From an uncultured Candidatus Saccharibacteria bacterium (lineage in GTDB: Bacteria; Patescibacteriota; Minisyncoccia; UBA6257; Colwellbacteraceae): a stretch of DNA of 64,000 nt. Shown one piece after another: positions 46,202 to 56,554 of the stretch. Every line of letters starts with the position of its first letter. Within the stretch, counting starts at the first letter, position 1. A program made the position numbers and the translations under genes. Location: assembly GCA_964360065.1 (NCBI GenBank), contig CAYHTW010000001.1:6526-70525 (forward strand), in the 5' to 3' direction. The notes beneath the pieces were generated by a model. It saw only the letters and a list, made by a program, of their open reading frames with translations. It searched no databases and was not told the origin of the DNA.

Positions 46202-47518
46202 TTATTTGTAATCTTGAACTATCGGCAGATTCATAGGAGCACTGCCTTTTTTGGCTTCTAAGTGCTTCAAGTTCGGAGCGCCCACATAAGTTGTCGGCGG
46301 ATGATAGATAGTAGCCAGCTCTTCAACTGAATAAATCGATGTCTTTAGATTAAGCTTACCCGGCACTTTAGGCAACTCTGGCATTTCCCTATCAACGTAA
46401 GCCTGGAAGAGTTTTTGCTTCTTTTTGAGCAGCTTGGCAGTCCTCATAAATCTGCCTACTGAGCTCGGGGTTGTCATAGTATCTTTATTTGGTTTAAACC
46501 CATTCATATTAGGGATATTGAATTGTTTAATGGCTCCTTGAATGGCGGTAACGTTGGAGTCGTTAAAAGATTCTTTCCCGTCTATATAAATAAGTCTTAA
46601 GATACATTCAAATGTAGCCTTAGAAATTTTGTTGCCTACTGCCTTTAAAATATCTTGTTCTCCTGGAGAAGATTTGGCTCCCCCACCCTTGTCTTCTTTT
46701 TTAGCTGCTCCCCAAGTGGGTTCTTTAGTCGAATCCAAAGGATTGATAGCCATAATAAAGTTAGTAATAAATTTCATTATGAAATCTGTGCCAGAAGATT
46801 TCTTAGCTTTCCCTGGCCGACCCATAACTTTACTGATCATTTCATCAGCCTTATCTTTTAAGTCAACTTCGGTCCCCCTCACTAAAAGCTGCATTAGAAC
46901 TACTTCGTCATCCCGAAGAGCCGACAGTGCTTCGAAAAGAGTCGCCAAAGGATCAATTCTTCTTTCTTCTATATTTTCTTCAAAGGCCAAGTAAGTTCTT
47001 ATCGGCAGGTGGTCGTCTTTAGACAAGACAAAGTCCAGGCCGAATAGATCGTAGACATCGTTAGGCACGGTTTCACCAAAACTGCTCAAATAATCCTCGG
47101 TCTCGTTAATTTCTGATTCCGGATACTGGGAAAGAAAGGCGGCTTCAACCATGGCTCTTTTCTTCGCCGGCACTCTCACGTAAAAACTAATACCAGTGGC
47201 ATCGCCTACCAATTCAAACGAAACCCATTCTTCCATTTTCCCTTTCCACCATGTATCCCAAAATTTAAAGGGTCCCGATTTGATACTGTGGATACTGGTA
47301 AAAACCTGCTCCATAGCCTTGGCTGACTTTAAATTACCCCTAGGGATAGTGATTTCCAAGAGAACCCATTTCATGCCAGCCAATGTCTTACGGTGAATGG
47401 CAATGAGCCAGAATTTCTTGCCGATATCAATCGCGATAAAAACAAAAACGATAAGAACCACCAGGAATGTTATATTTTGCAGGATGGTGGAAATAATTGT
47501 GAGAATTTGACCAGGCAT
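46202..47518 (-). CDS. Membrane-anchored partner of the ATPase, unknown function
   Basis: N-terminal TM, LLEI.IP, AMEQ, SFELV, LPIRTY, ELATIYHPP. Confidence 0.7.
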   Translation of the reverse strand: MPGQILTIISTILQNITFLVVLIVFVFIAIDIGKKFWLIAIHRKTLAGMKWVLLEITIPRGNLKSAKAMEQVFTSIHSIKSGPFKFWDTWWKGKMEEWVSFELVGDATGISFYVRVPAKKRAMVEAAFLSQYPESEINETEDYLSSFGETVPNDVYDLFGLDFVLSKDDHLPIRTYLAFEENIEERRIDPLATLFEALSALRDDEVVLMQLLVRGTEVDLKDKADEMISKVMGRPGKAKKSSGTDFIMKFITNFIMAINPLDSTKEPTWGAAKKEDKGGGAKSSPGEQDILKAVGNKISKATFECILRLIYIDGKESFNDSNVTAIQGAIKQFNIPNMNGFKPNKDTMTTPSSVGRFMRTAKLLKKKQKLFQAYVDREMPELPKVPGKLNLKTSIYSVEELATIYHPPTTYVGAPNLKHLEAKKGSAPMNLPIVQDYK

Positions 47519-48360
47519 TAATTTTTAAGGTGGTCTTTTAGAGCGTAAGTGCCACGGTCCACCAGAATGAACCTTGAGTCCTTGATAAGTTCGTTGTGGA
47601 CAGTAGTAGCTGGATGAACCTTCTTCTTACTTAACTTATTTACTAAATCAGCGATTTCCTTAAAGTGTAAAGGAGTCTTCGCTTTTTTCAAAACTAAGAA
47701 ACTCTTATCTTTAACAGTCTTCGGTTGAATATGAGGCCAGTGATCAGCACCCAATTCCCCGTAGGGCCCAACATCAAAATGCTTGGAAATAGAAAGATAA
47801 TTAATGATGATAATTTCCGAAAGTTCGAACTTTTTAATTACCGTCGCCATGAATTTATCAAAATCGTGCTCTTTAAATTTGCGTAGGTTATCTGAAATAA
47901 GTGAAGCTAATTTATAAGCTTCTTTATCGTTGTGCCAGACATCGTGGAAATGATTGTCACTTGTAACTATATACGGTTCGCCCATTACCTTCGCTAGTAA
48001 TCGGAGTTCGCTGCCGAAAGTATCTTCGTCATATTTAACTCTGGAGATAATACGCAAGTCTCGCACCAGTTCTCTGGCTCGCCTTAAATTACCTAAGTGA
48101 TTCAGGTATTCGTTAACAACTTCTAAAATAGCCGTGGCTTCTTCTTCGTCTATGTGGCCGCGAAGAACCTCCAGTGAGCTCTCTTCTATCTGACGAATCC
48201 TCTCACGAGTCAAGCCATAGGACGAACCCAAAGAAGAAAGAGTCTTCACATCTTCTCCATAGAGACCATAGCGACTCTTAAGAACCTGGGCCGCTCTTGG
48301 GTCCAGTTCTTTAATAGCATCTTCCAAGACACGGCGAGTATTAAGGGTAACGCCAAACAT
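47518..48360 (-). CDS. Sigma70 region-4 HTH plus HARE-HTH domain protein
   Basis: RYGL..TL..LG..YGLTRERIRQIE; C-terminal PLHF..I, TVHNELIKD.RF. Confidence 0.8.
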   Translation of the reverse strand: MFGVTLNTRRVLEDAIKELDPRAAQVLKSRYGLYGEDVKTLSSLGSSYGLTRERIRQIEESSLEVLRGHIDEEEATAILEVVNEYLNHLGNLRRARELVRDLRIISRVKYDEDTFGSELRLLAKVMGEPYIVTSDNHFHDVWHNDKEAYKLASLISDNLRKFKEHDFDKFMATVIKKFELSEIIIINYLSISKHFDVGPYGELGADHWPHIQPKTVKDKSFLVLKKAKTPLHFKEIADLVNKLSKKKVHPATTVHNELIKDSRFILVDRGTYALKDHLKN

Positions 48361-48368
48361 ATTTCGTT

Positions 48369-48397
48369 AGATTACAATATTTTTGTATTTAAGTCAA
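48369..48397 (-). promoter_or_regulatory. Promoter for a predicted leaderless transcript
   Basis: TTGACT-N17-TAATCT-N8-ATG. Confidence 0.55.
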
Positions 48398-48400
48398 TGC

Positions 48401-49312
48401 CTACGCTTGCCTCTTCCTAGTGGAAAAGTTATGCCAAACTACCAGTAGCGGGCTAGCAATGAAGATGGAAGAATATGTACCGGCGATAGTTCCTACAAGA
48501 ATAGTCAGAACGAAGTACTTGAGACTAACAGGACCTAAGAAATAGATGGCCAAGAGTACCAAAACTAAGGTTAGGGAAGTGTTGACGGATCGTGCAAAAG
48601 TTTCATTAAGGCTTCTGTTAATAATCTTGGCTAAGTTGTGATGAGCTTCCAGTGACTTAGTTAAATTCTCTCTGATTCTGTCAAAAACTACGATGTTGTC
48701 GTGTACCGAGAACCCCGCGACCACGAGAAGCGCCACTATGAAGTTTGTGTCCATAGCCACCCCCGTGAGTTTGCCCAAAAGAGCGAAAACTCCGGAAGAT
48801 ATTAAGACGTTGTGGATAAGAGTGCAGAGGGTTATAATTCCGTACTTCCAAGAGCTAACTGGCCTGGAAACTTTCCTGAAGACGAAAGTAACATATAAAG
48901 AAATGGCGACCATAACGAAAACAACAGCCATGATAGACTTCTGTCTCAACTCCTTAGAAACAGAAGGACTGACTCTCCAGAAATCAACGTCTTGGGAGTT
49001 CGGAAATTTTTGCTTTAGGAGGCTGAAATCAGCTTGTCTGTCAGCGTCTGAAAGTTCCTTTAATGTAAGTGAGTAAGTTTCACTTGGCGCATCGTAAGAA
49101 ACGCCAAATACATCTAGCTTCAAATCTGACTGGAAGAAATTCTGGACTGCGACCGCATCCACCCCAGGAACTTTGACCTGCCAAAGAGAACCCCCGGTAA
49201 AGTCCACGGCAAGTTTAAAGCCGTAGAGAGATATACTCAGAATGCTGGCAATAACTAAAACAGTCGAGAGTGCTAAGAAAATATTCTTTTTGCCGGTAAA
49301 ATTGATATTCAT
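48401..49312 (-). CDS. secF: Protein translocase subunit SecF
   Basis: DFTGGS, GFSVHDNIVVFDRIREN, RSVNTS, GTYSSIFIA. Confidence 0.95.
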   Translation of the reverse strand: MNINFTGKKNIFLALSTVLVIASILSISLYGFKLAVDFTGGSLWQVKVPGVDAVAVQNFFQSDLKLDVFGVSYDAPSETYSLTLKELSDADRQADFSLLKQKFPNSQDVDFWRVSPSVSKELRQKSIMAVVFVMVAISLYVTFVFRKVSRPVSSWKYGIITLCTLIHNVLISSGVFALLGKLTGVAMDTNFIVALLVVAGFSVHDNIVVFDRIRENLTKSLEAHHNLAKIINRSLNETFARSVNTSLTLVLVLLAIYFLGPVSLKYFVLTILVGTIAGTYSSIFIASPLLVVWHNFSTRKRQA

Positions 49313-49320
49313 AGTTTTAG

Positions 49321-50655
49321 TTATCTCATAAATAATCTAAGCATATTTCTAGTTACGAAAATCGCGGAAAACATACTTATTAAAACGCCTATACCCAAAG
49401 TAAGGGCAAACCCCTGTACGAAGCTAGAGGTGAAGAAATACAAGATTCCAGCCGTAATCATGGTACTCACATTAGAGTCACGAATGGATAACCAGGCTCT
49501 CTTAAAGCCCTCCTCAATAGCGGAGGCTCTGAGCAAGCCTTTCTTCAGCTCTTCTCTGGTTCTTTCGAAGATAAGAATATTGGCATCCACGGCCATACCA
49601 ACAGAAAGAATGAAACCAGCAATACCGGACAAAGTCATGGTGAATGACGGTATTAAGCCCAAAAGACCCGATTTAAAGAAAGCCAGAGTCAATGCGGTAT
49701 AAACAACTAAGGCCACGCAGGCAAAAATACCGAAAACACGATAGTAAAAAATCATAAAGAGCATGACTAATCCTGCTCCTATCATTCCTGCCACAACGAC
49801 CTTATTAAGGGCGTCGGCGGCCGAAGTTGCGCTAACGGTTCTTTGGTTAGCTAACGTGATTGGGGCAGAAAGGGCTCCGGCGTTTAGCCTTTGTATTAAA
49901 GTTTTAGCCTCGTCAATGGTAAATCCTGCTCCACCTCCAGAAATAGTTGCTTGCCCTCCGGAAATTTTTTCGTTGACTCTAGGAGCGTCTGTTAATTGTC
50001 CATCCATAAAGATAGCTAATGGCTTGCCTACATTCCTGCCAGTAATGTCCTCAAAAATCTTCGCTCCTATATTGTTAAACTGCAAAGTTACTACGGGCTT
50101 ATTTAAATTATCAAAAGTTAAGGAAGCTCCGGCGATGTACCGACCAGTGAGTTCAGTTTTAGCGAAAGAAACATTCTGCCCGTCCTGAAGCACCTCCCTG
50201 AAATCAAGACTAGGCGTGGCTCCAATTTGATTAACGGCGTCTTTCAAGTCTTTGACGCCAGCCAAATCAACAATAAGCTCATAAGTATCTCCCTTTTGAG
50301 CAATGGAAATTTTAGGTTCAGCCACGCCATATAAGTTGACTCTTTTTTCAATAACGTCTTTAAGTCCTGCTACCACATCTGACCTGTCAGCGGCTTTAAC
50401 CTCTTTGAGGTCTATGTCATAAATCAAAGAGGTGCCTCCAACGAGATCTAAGCCCAAACTCCAGTGTTCGTTTATTTTAAAGTTGTCTCCCCAACTCTCA
50501 TGTCCAGTCCAACTGCCCAGAGTGTGGCCAATTTTCCAGAGGCCGTCATTAACACGAAGTTTCTCAAAAGCCCAAGGAGTAGAAAAAATACCCGAGACTA
50601 AAGCCACGATGATAATAGCGATAAATATGACTAAATTAGTTCTGAAACTTTTCAT
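49321..50655 (-). CDS. secD: Protein translocase subunit SecD
   Basis: LGLDLVGG, GMAVDANILIFER, IRDSN. Confidence 0.95.
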   Translation of the reverse strand: MKSFRTNLVIFIAIIIVALVSGIFSTPWAFEKLRVNDGLWKIGHTLGSWTGHESWGDNFKINEHWSLGLDLVGGTSLIYDIDLKEVKAADRSDVVAGLKDVIEKRVNLYGVAEPKISIAQKGDTYELIVDLAGVKDLKDAVNQIGATPSLDFREVLQDGQNVSFAKTELTGRYIAGASLTFDNLNKPVVTLQFNNIGAKIFEDITGRNVGKPLAIFMDGQLTDAPRVNEKISGGQATISGGGAGFTIDEAKTLIQRLNAGALSAPITLANQRTVSATSAADALNKVVVAGMIGAGLVMLFMIFYYRVFGIFACVALVVYTALTLAFFKSGLLGLIPSFTMTLSGIAGFILSVGMAVDANILIFERTREELKKGLLRASAIEEGFKRAWLSIRDSNVSTMITAGILYFFTSSFVQGFALTLGIGVLISMFSAIFVTRNMLRLFMR

Positions 50656-50666
50656 TGCGGAAATTG

Positions 50667-50740
50667 TGGTCCCCCCACAAGGAATCGAACCTTGATCAAT
50701 TGCTTAAAAGGCAACTGCTTTACCACTAAGCTATAGGGGG
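50667..50740 (-). tRNA. tRNA-Lys(TTT)
   Basis: Acceptor CCCCCTA/TGGGGGG, anticodon loop CTTTTAA, T-arm CAAGG-TTCGATT-CCTTG, encoded CCA. Confidence 0.93.
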
Positions 50741-50810
50741 TAAACTTAGTTTCTACTGTAAACTACTTTTTTAATATACTCTTTCCAATCAGCACTTTCC
50801 AAGTGCCTTT

Positions 50811-50858
50811 TGTTTAAAAGTCCGCCAGCCGGCGGATTTACCACTAAGCTATAGGGGG
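50811..50858 (-). pseudogene. tRNA-Lys 5' half duplicate interrupted by a palindrome
   Basis: 50837-50858 identical to 50719-50740; tgtttaaaag versus tgcttaaaag; tccgccagccggcgga at 50821-50836 replaces 8 nt. Confidence 0.8.
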
Positions 50859-50891
50859 CAGCCCCTCGTTAAAAGCGCTTAACGAAGCCTA

Positions 50892-51962
50892 CTATTCTTT
50901 AATCAGTTTTTCAAGTTCTGCGATAAGCGACTTCGCTTCAGCTGGAATATCTTTCGGAGTGTATGGATCAAGCCTAACTATCAAGTCGCTTTGAGATGTC
51001 ATACCTTCACCCTTTACCCTGATTTCCTTTGTTAAGGTATGTCCTAAAGGTACTTTAATTTCGGCTTTGCCACTAGACAATGTATCTACCTTTATCTTTT
51101 TTTCTAAAAGGATATCCAGGACATTGACCGGCAAAACAGTGTACAAGTCGTTCCCCTTTCTCTCAAATTTAGAGTGAGGCAGGACACTGACTTTAACGTA
51201 TAGATCTCCAGACTCGGTACCTCTTTCTCCAGCCTCACCCATACCTTTTATTTTGATAAGCTGGCCATCTTCTATAGCGGGTCTTATTTCCAAAACGGCA
51301 TTTCGGCTTCCATAGACTCTACCGAAACCCTTGCAGGTGGCACAAACTTTATTAGGAATCTGTCCGAACCCCTGACAGTGTTTACAAGCAATCACTTGAG
51401 CAAAATTGCCGAAGAATGTGTGGCGCGACTCTCTTACTTCCCCTCTGCCGTCACAGTATTCGCATTTTTTAGATCCAGCTTTAGTGTCCGATCCCAAACC
51501 CTTACAAGTAGTACAGACGAGCTGTGTCTGATAATCCAAATTGATTCTCTTACCGGCTTTAGCTTCTTCCAAAGTTATAGCCACTCCGATTTCTAAATCA
51601 GACCCTCTCTTATAAGCTTTTCTTTTGGGTTTTACGCCTAGACCCTCAAAGAAAGACTCAAAAACTTCGTTTAAATCTCCGACATTATCAAAGCCGCCGA
51701 AATTAATATCCCAATTAACGCCATCAAAGCCGGACCTGAAACCGGATGAACCGTTACCGGGTGAGACTCTTCCAAACCTATCGTACTCGGAACGTTTTTT
51801 GGAATCAGCAAGAATCTGATAAGCCTCGTTTATCTCTTTAAATTTTTTCTCGTCGCCGCCAGTCTTGTCGGGATGATATTTGTGAGCCAACTTACGATAA
51901 GCTTTTTTGATTTCATCAGAAGTGGCTGCTTTACTCACCCCCAGGACTTCGTAGTAATTCAT
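50892..51962 (-). CDS. dnaJ: Chaperone DnaJ
   Basis: HPD J-domain, four CxxCxGxG motifs. Confidence 0.95.
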   Translation of the reverse strand: MNYYEVLGVSKAATSDEIKKAYRKLAHKYHPDKTGGDEKKFKEINEAYQILADSKKRSEYDRFGRVSPGNGSSGFRSGFDGVNWDINFGGFDNVGDLNEVFESFFEGLGVKPKRKAYKRGSDLEIGVAITLEEAKAGKRINLDYQTQLVCTTCKGLGSDTKAGSKKCEYCDGRGEVRESRHTFFGNFAQVIACKHCQGFGQIPNKVCATCKGFGRVYGSRNAVLEIRPAIEDGQLIKIKGMGEAGERGTESGDLYVKVSVLPHSKFERKGNDLYTVLPVNVLDILLEKKIKVDTLSSGKAEIKVPLGHTLTKEIRVKGEGMTSQSDLIVRLDPYTPKDIPAEAKSLIAELEKLIKE

Positions 51963-52933
51963 TACTTCAAAACTATCACTTCCCTGCTACGCGACTCAAG
52001 CTGAACCAAGGCAAATCCTGCAGCCAGGATTATTTCGTAGAAAACAAAAACTATAAAAGCTATTGGTAAGTAAAGAATAGGCATCACGCTCCTAATAAGA
52101 TAATAGATTGAGATAACGCCGATAATAATAACAAAGATTAGCGAATTGCCGGCCAGCCGATTGTAGGCAGCCATAATACCGTTATAGATATTGGTTGAGA
52201 TGGGTTTATTAAGATCAATTGTGCTGCCAGTGGAGATCTCAATGCTGGTGCTGAATTTATTTATTAAACTAGTAATAGCTTGATTCTTAGCAGCTGGAGT
52301 AAGTTTCCCTAGCTCTTGCTTATCCGTCTCGCTAAAGTTACTGACGAGCATCTCGGTAATAAACTCTTTAGTGTTTTTACTCGGGTCAAAGTCGCGCAAG
52401 TAAGCGGCTATTATCGGGCTCGTTGGTTTTAAAATGAAGTTAGTAAAATTGGTTTCTGTAAAAAAACTGCCATTAACGGAAAGGAGCGCTAGGAAGAAAA
52501 GCATCAGAGCAGGAACATTACTACTCAAGGACACTTTACAAATTTTCCAGAAACGAACCTTAATGGATGTTTCTAGTTCCCGCCTGACATCAAAAAAAGA
52601 CTTAACGAGAACTGCCACCAAAACGGTAATCACGGCAACCAACATCCCAGAAAAGTCAGCATAGAAGAACCCTGCTCCGGCCACTGATTCTAAGCAGGCT
52701 GCCACGAAAAGTTTATCAAACCCTTTAACGAAAAAGTTTTGCAGAACAAGCATCACCGAAAGAAATATCATGGAAATAAGACCCAAAAGTAAATAGCCGT
52801 TAGCAAATAAGTAACTAGTGAGGGTAGAAAGCAAAACGCCGCCAACTACAACAATGTAAATTTTGACCATAGACTGGTCGGCATCTATAGCTTCAACTTG
52901 CGCGTTCAAAATAGTACTACTGTCTGGGAGCAT
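51962..52933 (-). CDS. Multi-pass membrane protein, unknown function
   Basis: Several hydrophobic helices; overlaps dnaK and dnaJ ends. Confidence 0.75.
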   Translation of the reverse strand: MLPDSSTILNAQVEAIDADQSMVKIYIVVVGGVLLSTLTSYLFANGYLLLGLISMIFLSVMLVLQNFFVKGFDKLFVAACLESVAGAGFFYADFSGMLVAVITVLVAVLVKSFFDVRRELETSIKVRFWKICKVSLSSNVPALMLFFLALLSVNGSFFTETNFTNFILKPTSPIIAAYLRDFDPSKNTKEFITEMLVSNFSETDKQELGKLTPAAKNQAITSLINKFSTSIEISTGSTIDLNKPISTNIYNGIMAAYNRLAGNSLIFVIIIGVISIYYLIRSVMPILYLPIAFIVFVFYEIILAAGFALVQLESRSREVIVLK

Positions 52934-54764
52934 CCTTTTTATTATACATCTCCCCGCCTATCTTTTGAATTTCTTCCGAGAGTTCCTGGGCCGCTCTTTC
53001 TATTTCAGTCTGGTTGTCAGACGAAAGAGCCGCTTTAAGGGTGTCTATTTTTACTTGAACGGCAGTTTTTATTTCTCCGGAGACTTTATCACCTGCCTCG
53101 TTAATGGCTTTAGTGGCTGCGTATACAAGATTCTCGGCTTTATTCTTTAGTTCCACTGTTTCTCTTTTTTTCTTGTCTTCTTCGGCGTATTGGGCAGCCT
53201 CGGCCTTGAGCTTCTCAACTTCGTCTTTAGATAAAGAAGTGCTCGCTTCGATCCTGACAGACTGGCTCTTGGAGCTGGCTTTATCCAATGCCTTAACGTT
53301 TAAAATGCCGTTAGCGTCTATATCAAAAGCTACTTCCACCTGCGGAATACCCCGAGGCGATGGCGGCAAGCCATCCAAAATAAATCTAGCCAAAGTTTTA
53401 TTATCGGAGGCCATTTCTCGCTCTCCCTGAAGAACATGAATCTCAACTGAAGTTTGATTATCGGCAGCGGTAGAGAAAACTTGAGTTTTGGCTGTGGGCA
53501 CCGTAGTGTTTTTCTCTATAAGTTTAGTGAAAACTCCTCCCATAGTCTCAATACCCAAAGAAAGCGGAGTGACGTCAAGCAACAGAACATCTTTAACATC
53601 TCCCTGGAAGATGCCTGCCTGGACTGCCGCTCCTAAAGCCACAACTTCGTCGGGGTTAATGCCCCTGTGTGGTTCTTTGCCGAAAAGCTTTTTAACAGCT
53701 TCTTGGATAGCCGGCATTCTGGTCTGCCCTCCCACTAGGAGAACTTCGTTAACATCACTGATCTTAAAGCCGGCTTCCATGACAGTCTGCTCCGTGAGCT
53801 TAATGGATTTATCAATGTAATCTTGCACTAGTGATTCTAACTTGGCCCGGCTGAGCTTCATTAAGAAGTGCTTGGGGCCGGAAGCATCAGAACTTATATA
53901 TGGTAAATTAATTTCTGTCTCCAAGGCGGTAGAGAGTTCGTGCTTGGCACGCTCCACTCCCTCCTTCAATCTCTGCAAGGCTAATGGATCGTTAGAAACA
54001 TCTATGCCTTCTCTTTTCTTATATTCGGCTACCACATATTCGGTAATACGCTTATCAAAATCATCTCCTCCAAGGTGTGTATCACCACCTGTACCACGAA
54101 CCTCAACATGCGATTCTTTCTTCCCATCTTCCATATCTGCCTCGCCTACTTCCAGTATGGAAATATCAAATGTGCCTCCGCCGAAATCATAAACAACTAT
54201 TTTCTCTTCTTTCTGTTTGTTAAGCCCGTAAGCCAAAGCAGCGGCAGTAGGTTCGTTCAAGATTCTCCTTACTTTAAAGCCAGCTATCTCGCCTGCATTC
54301 TTAGTAGCCTGCCTTTGAGTATCGTCAAAATAAGCCGGCACGGTAATAACAGCTTCTTCTATGGTTTCACCGAGTTTTGCTTCCGTATCTGCCTTGAGCT
54401 TAGACAAAACCATGGCAGAAATTTCTTCCGGCTTATACCACCTGTCTGTTATTTTTATTTCTACTCCTCCGTCAGCGCCTTCTTTAATCTCGTAAGGCAA
54501 AATCTTCTTATCTTTCTGAACCACTTCGTCTTTAAATTTACGTCCGATGAGACGCTTAACGGAGAAAATGGTGTTTTGGGGATTGGTTATCGCTTGACGC
54601 TTGGCGAGTAATCCAACCAAACGTTCGCCGGATTTGGAAACAGCCACGACAGAAGGAGTAGTTCTTGCTCCCTCGGAGTTTTCCAAAATTTTCGGCTCGC
54701 CGCCTTCAATAACGGCCGTAGCCGAATTTGTAGTTCCTAAATCTATTCCAAGTATTTTTGCCAT
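52917..54764 (-). CDS. dnaK: Chaperone DnaK
   Basis: [34 protein letters not shown]; start moved to MAKI. Confidence 0.97.
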   Translation of the reverse strand: MAKILGIDLGTTNSATAVIEGGEPKILENSEGARTTPSVVAVSKSGERLVGLLAKRQAITNPQNTIFSVKRLIGRKFKDEVVQKDKKILPYEIKEGADGGVEIKITDRWYKPEEISAMVLSKLKADTEAKLGETIEEAVITVPAYFDDTQRQATKNAGEIAGFKVRRILNEPTAAALAYGLNKQKEEKIVVYDFGGGTFDISILEVGEADMEDGKKESHVEVRGTGGDTHLGGDDFDKRITEYVVAEYKKREGIDVSNDPLALQRLKEGVERAKHELSTALETEINLPYISSDASGPKHFLMKLSRAKLESLVQDYIDKSIKLTEQTVMEAGFKISDVNEVLLVGGQTRMPAIQEAVKKLFGKEPHRGINPDEVVALGAAVQAGIFQGDVKDVLLLDVTPLSLGIETMGGVFTKLIEKNTTVPTAKTQVFSTAADNQTSVEIHVLQGEREMASDNKTLARFILDGLPPSPRGIPQVEVAFDIDANGILNVKALDKASSKSQSVRIEASTSLSKDEVEKLKAEAAQYAEEDKKKRETVELKNKAENLVYAATKAINEAGDKVSGEIKTAVQVKIDTLKAALSSDNQTEIERAAQELSEEIQKIGGEMYNKKDAPRQ

Positions 54765-54769
54765 GTGTT

Positions 54770-55456
54770 TTAGAGTAATTTCTTTATGTAATTTATCGGG
54801 CGACAAATTCCTAAATTAGCTGGTATATCAACGAGTTTGTTATCCGGCAGTATAGTTTTTTGAGATATTCTGCCGCTTACTACACCAATAACTTCTCCCG
54901 TAGATTTAAGGAATATCGGAGAACCGCTAGAGCCATTGTTCACGTGAGCATCAATCATGAAAAAATCCAAAGAAGCATCTTGTCTTCTCTTTATTGAGCT
55001 AATAATAGAGTGCCCAAGGCTAAGAGTGACGCCAAAATTCATAGACAACATCTCAGTAGCCAACGGGTACCCTAAAGAAAGTAGTTCGTTACCTTCTTCA
55101 ACTTTTTCTAAATCTCCTATCTTGGCCACCGTATCAAAAACAGCTCCCGTATCATCTTTAAGCTTCATCAGAACCAAATCATTTATTTCATCCATCTTAA
55201 GTAGTTCTATCTTGAGACTTCTATAGTAAACTATCCCCTTCTCTTCTTTGGCAAATATTTGGGCCTCTAAACATTGTCTTTCACCTTCGGGTATTTCTTT
55301 GTAAACGTGGGTATTAGTTATAAACTTGCCGTCTTCCGAAACGATGAAGCCAGTGCCTCTTACGCTTACCTTGCTCTGATTATTTTCTCCTGGAACAAAT
55401 AAACGGAGAAGGAGTATCGCCTTGTAATTTTTCTTAAATATTTCTGAGTTTTCCAT
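54770..55456 (-). CDS. Trypsin-like serine protease
   Basis: GTGF, TNTH, D in INDL, GYP, NGSSGSP triad; no signal peptide or PDZ evident. Confidence 0.88.
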   Translation of the reverse strand: MENSEIFKKNYKAILLLRLFVPGENNQSKVSVRGTGFIVSEDGKFITNTHVYKEIPEGERQCLEAQIFAKEEKGIVYYRSLKIELLKMDEINDLVLMKLKDDTGAVFDTVAKIGDLEKVEEGNELLSLGYPLATEMLSMNFGVTLSLGHSIISSIKRRQDASLDFFMIDAHVNNGSSGSPIFLKSTGEVIGVVSGRISQKTILPDNKLVDIPANLGICRPINYIKKLL

Positions 55457-55457
55457 T

Positions 55458-55967
55458 TTATTTATTTTTTATATTATTTAAAAGTTCCCCCATTTCCTTA
55501 AAAAGCTTTTCTTTGCTAATAACTTGCCCTTTGGCTGGGGAAAATACGAATCTAATATTCATATTCCTCGCTATAGCCGCTTCGTGGTAGCTTCTAGCTA
55601 TGAGTAAGTAACCGCCCTGAGAAGCACATAGAACTGTCCTAAAATCATTATCACTAGCAAAAGAGCTGTAAGGATTACTCGTAGTACCTCCGTTTAGCTG
55701 GTAAGGGACTAAAACACTGATAAAACTCTTGTTATCAACGTAACCTTCACTAAAAGGATTAGTAGTTTCACTTGTGACTACGTTGATCTCTTGGAAGATA
55801 CTGAGACTAGTCTGACTAGCTAACACAAGGAGATAACCGCTATCACCTTTAGATACGGCACTATCTGGAACAATGCCGTTAAAGAGTTTTGCAACAATAC
55901 TTAATTCTACATGGTTTATCTCCTTCATTAATGTAACTGAACTCGGATTATAATCAATAAATTTCAT
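55458..55967 (-). CDS. Hypothetical protein
   Basis: 169-aa ORF tightly packed between grpE and the protease. Confidence 0.6.
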   Translation of the reverse strand: MKFIDYNPSSVTLMKEINHVELSIVAKLFNGIVPDSAVSKGDSGYLLVLASQTSLSIFQEINVVTSETTNPFSEGYVDNKSFISVLVPYQLNGGTTSNPYSSFASDNDFRTVLCASQGGYLLIARSYHEAAIARNMNIRFVFSPAKGQVISKEKLFKEMGELLNNIKNK

Positions 55968-55969
55968 TT

Positions 55970-56494
55970 TTACTTAAATATTTTTACTCTAATTGGTCTT
56001 AACACTTTATTATAGAGCACATAACCGGATTCAACCTCTTCCGCTACATTGCCCGATTCACCGCCCTCCACTACTGCTACTGCCTCGTGACACATCGGAT
56101 TGAATTCTTCTCCAGGACTCGCGTTGATTCTAGTAAGTCCATTCTTCTTAAGCACGTCTTCTAGCTGGTTCTTAATCATACTCACCCCTTTCTCCGCACC
56201 GTTGCCGACACTCTTCAGGGAGACTAGGGCTAAGTCAAAACTGTCTAGAACCGCTATCAAGTCTTTCATAATGTCCTCGGTAGCGTATTTAGCCATATCC
56301 TCCAACCTCTTTAACTCTTCCTTCTTGTAATTGATGTGGTCGGCCTTGCTTCTTTTCCAACCATCCAGATATTCATCCTTTTCCCGCAACACCTTATCCA
56401 GCTCGTGGCTAAGCTCTTTTAACCCCTGGATTTCAGAATCATTGAAGTCGTCGCTCTTTTCACTATTTTGTTTATTGATCTCTTTACCTTCCAT
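55970..56494 (-). CDS. grpE: Nucleotide exchange factor GrpE
   Basis: KRSKADHINYKK, FNPMCHEAV, GY.LYNKVLRP; start moved to MEGK. Confidence 0.93.
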   Translation of the reverse strand: MEGKEINKQNSEKSDDFNDSEIQGLKELSHELDKVLREKDEYLDGWKRSKADHINYKKEELKRLEDMAKYATEDIMKDLIAVLDSFDLALVSLKSVGNGAEKGVSMIKNQLEDVLKKNGLTRINASPGEEFNPMCHEAVAVVEGGESGNVAEEVESGYVLYNKVLRPIRVKIFK

Positions 56495-56519
56495 GAGAAA
56501 ATTATTGAATTCGTTCAGA

Positions 56520-56548
56520 AATCTAAATAAAAGCTGGTAACTTGTCAA
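56520..56548 (-). promoter_or_regulatory. grpE-dnaK operon promoter
   Basis: TTGACA-N17-TAGATT. Confidence 0.6.
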
Positions 56549-56554
56549 GAAGAA

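Noticed and set aside
44764-47518. Conjugative element or ICE
   Set aside because: No integrase, relaxase, att pair or compositional shift; embedded among housekeeping genes.
50788-50808. agcactt-tcc-aagtgcc as a CIRCE element
   Set aside because: Spacer and arms do not fit TTAGCACTC-N9-GAGTGCTAA, and it lies downstream of dnaJ.
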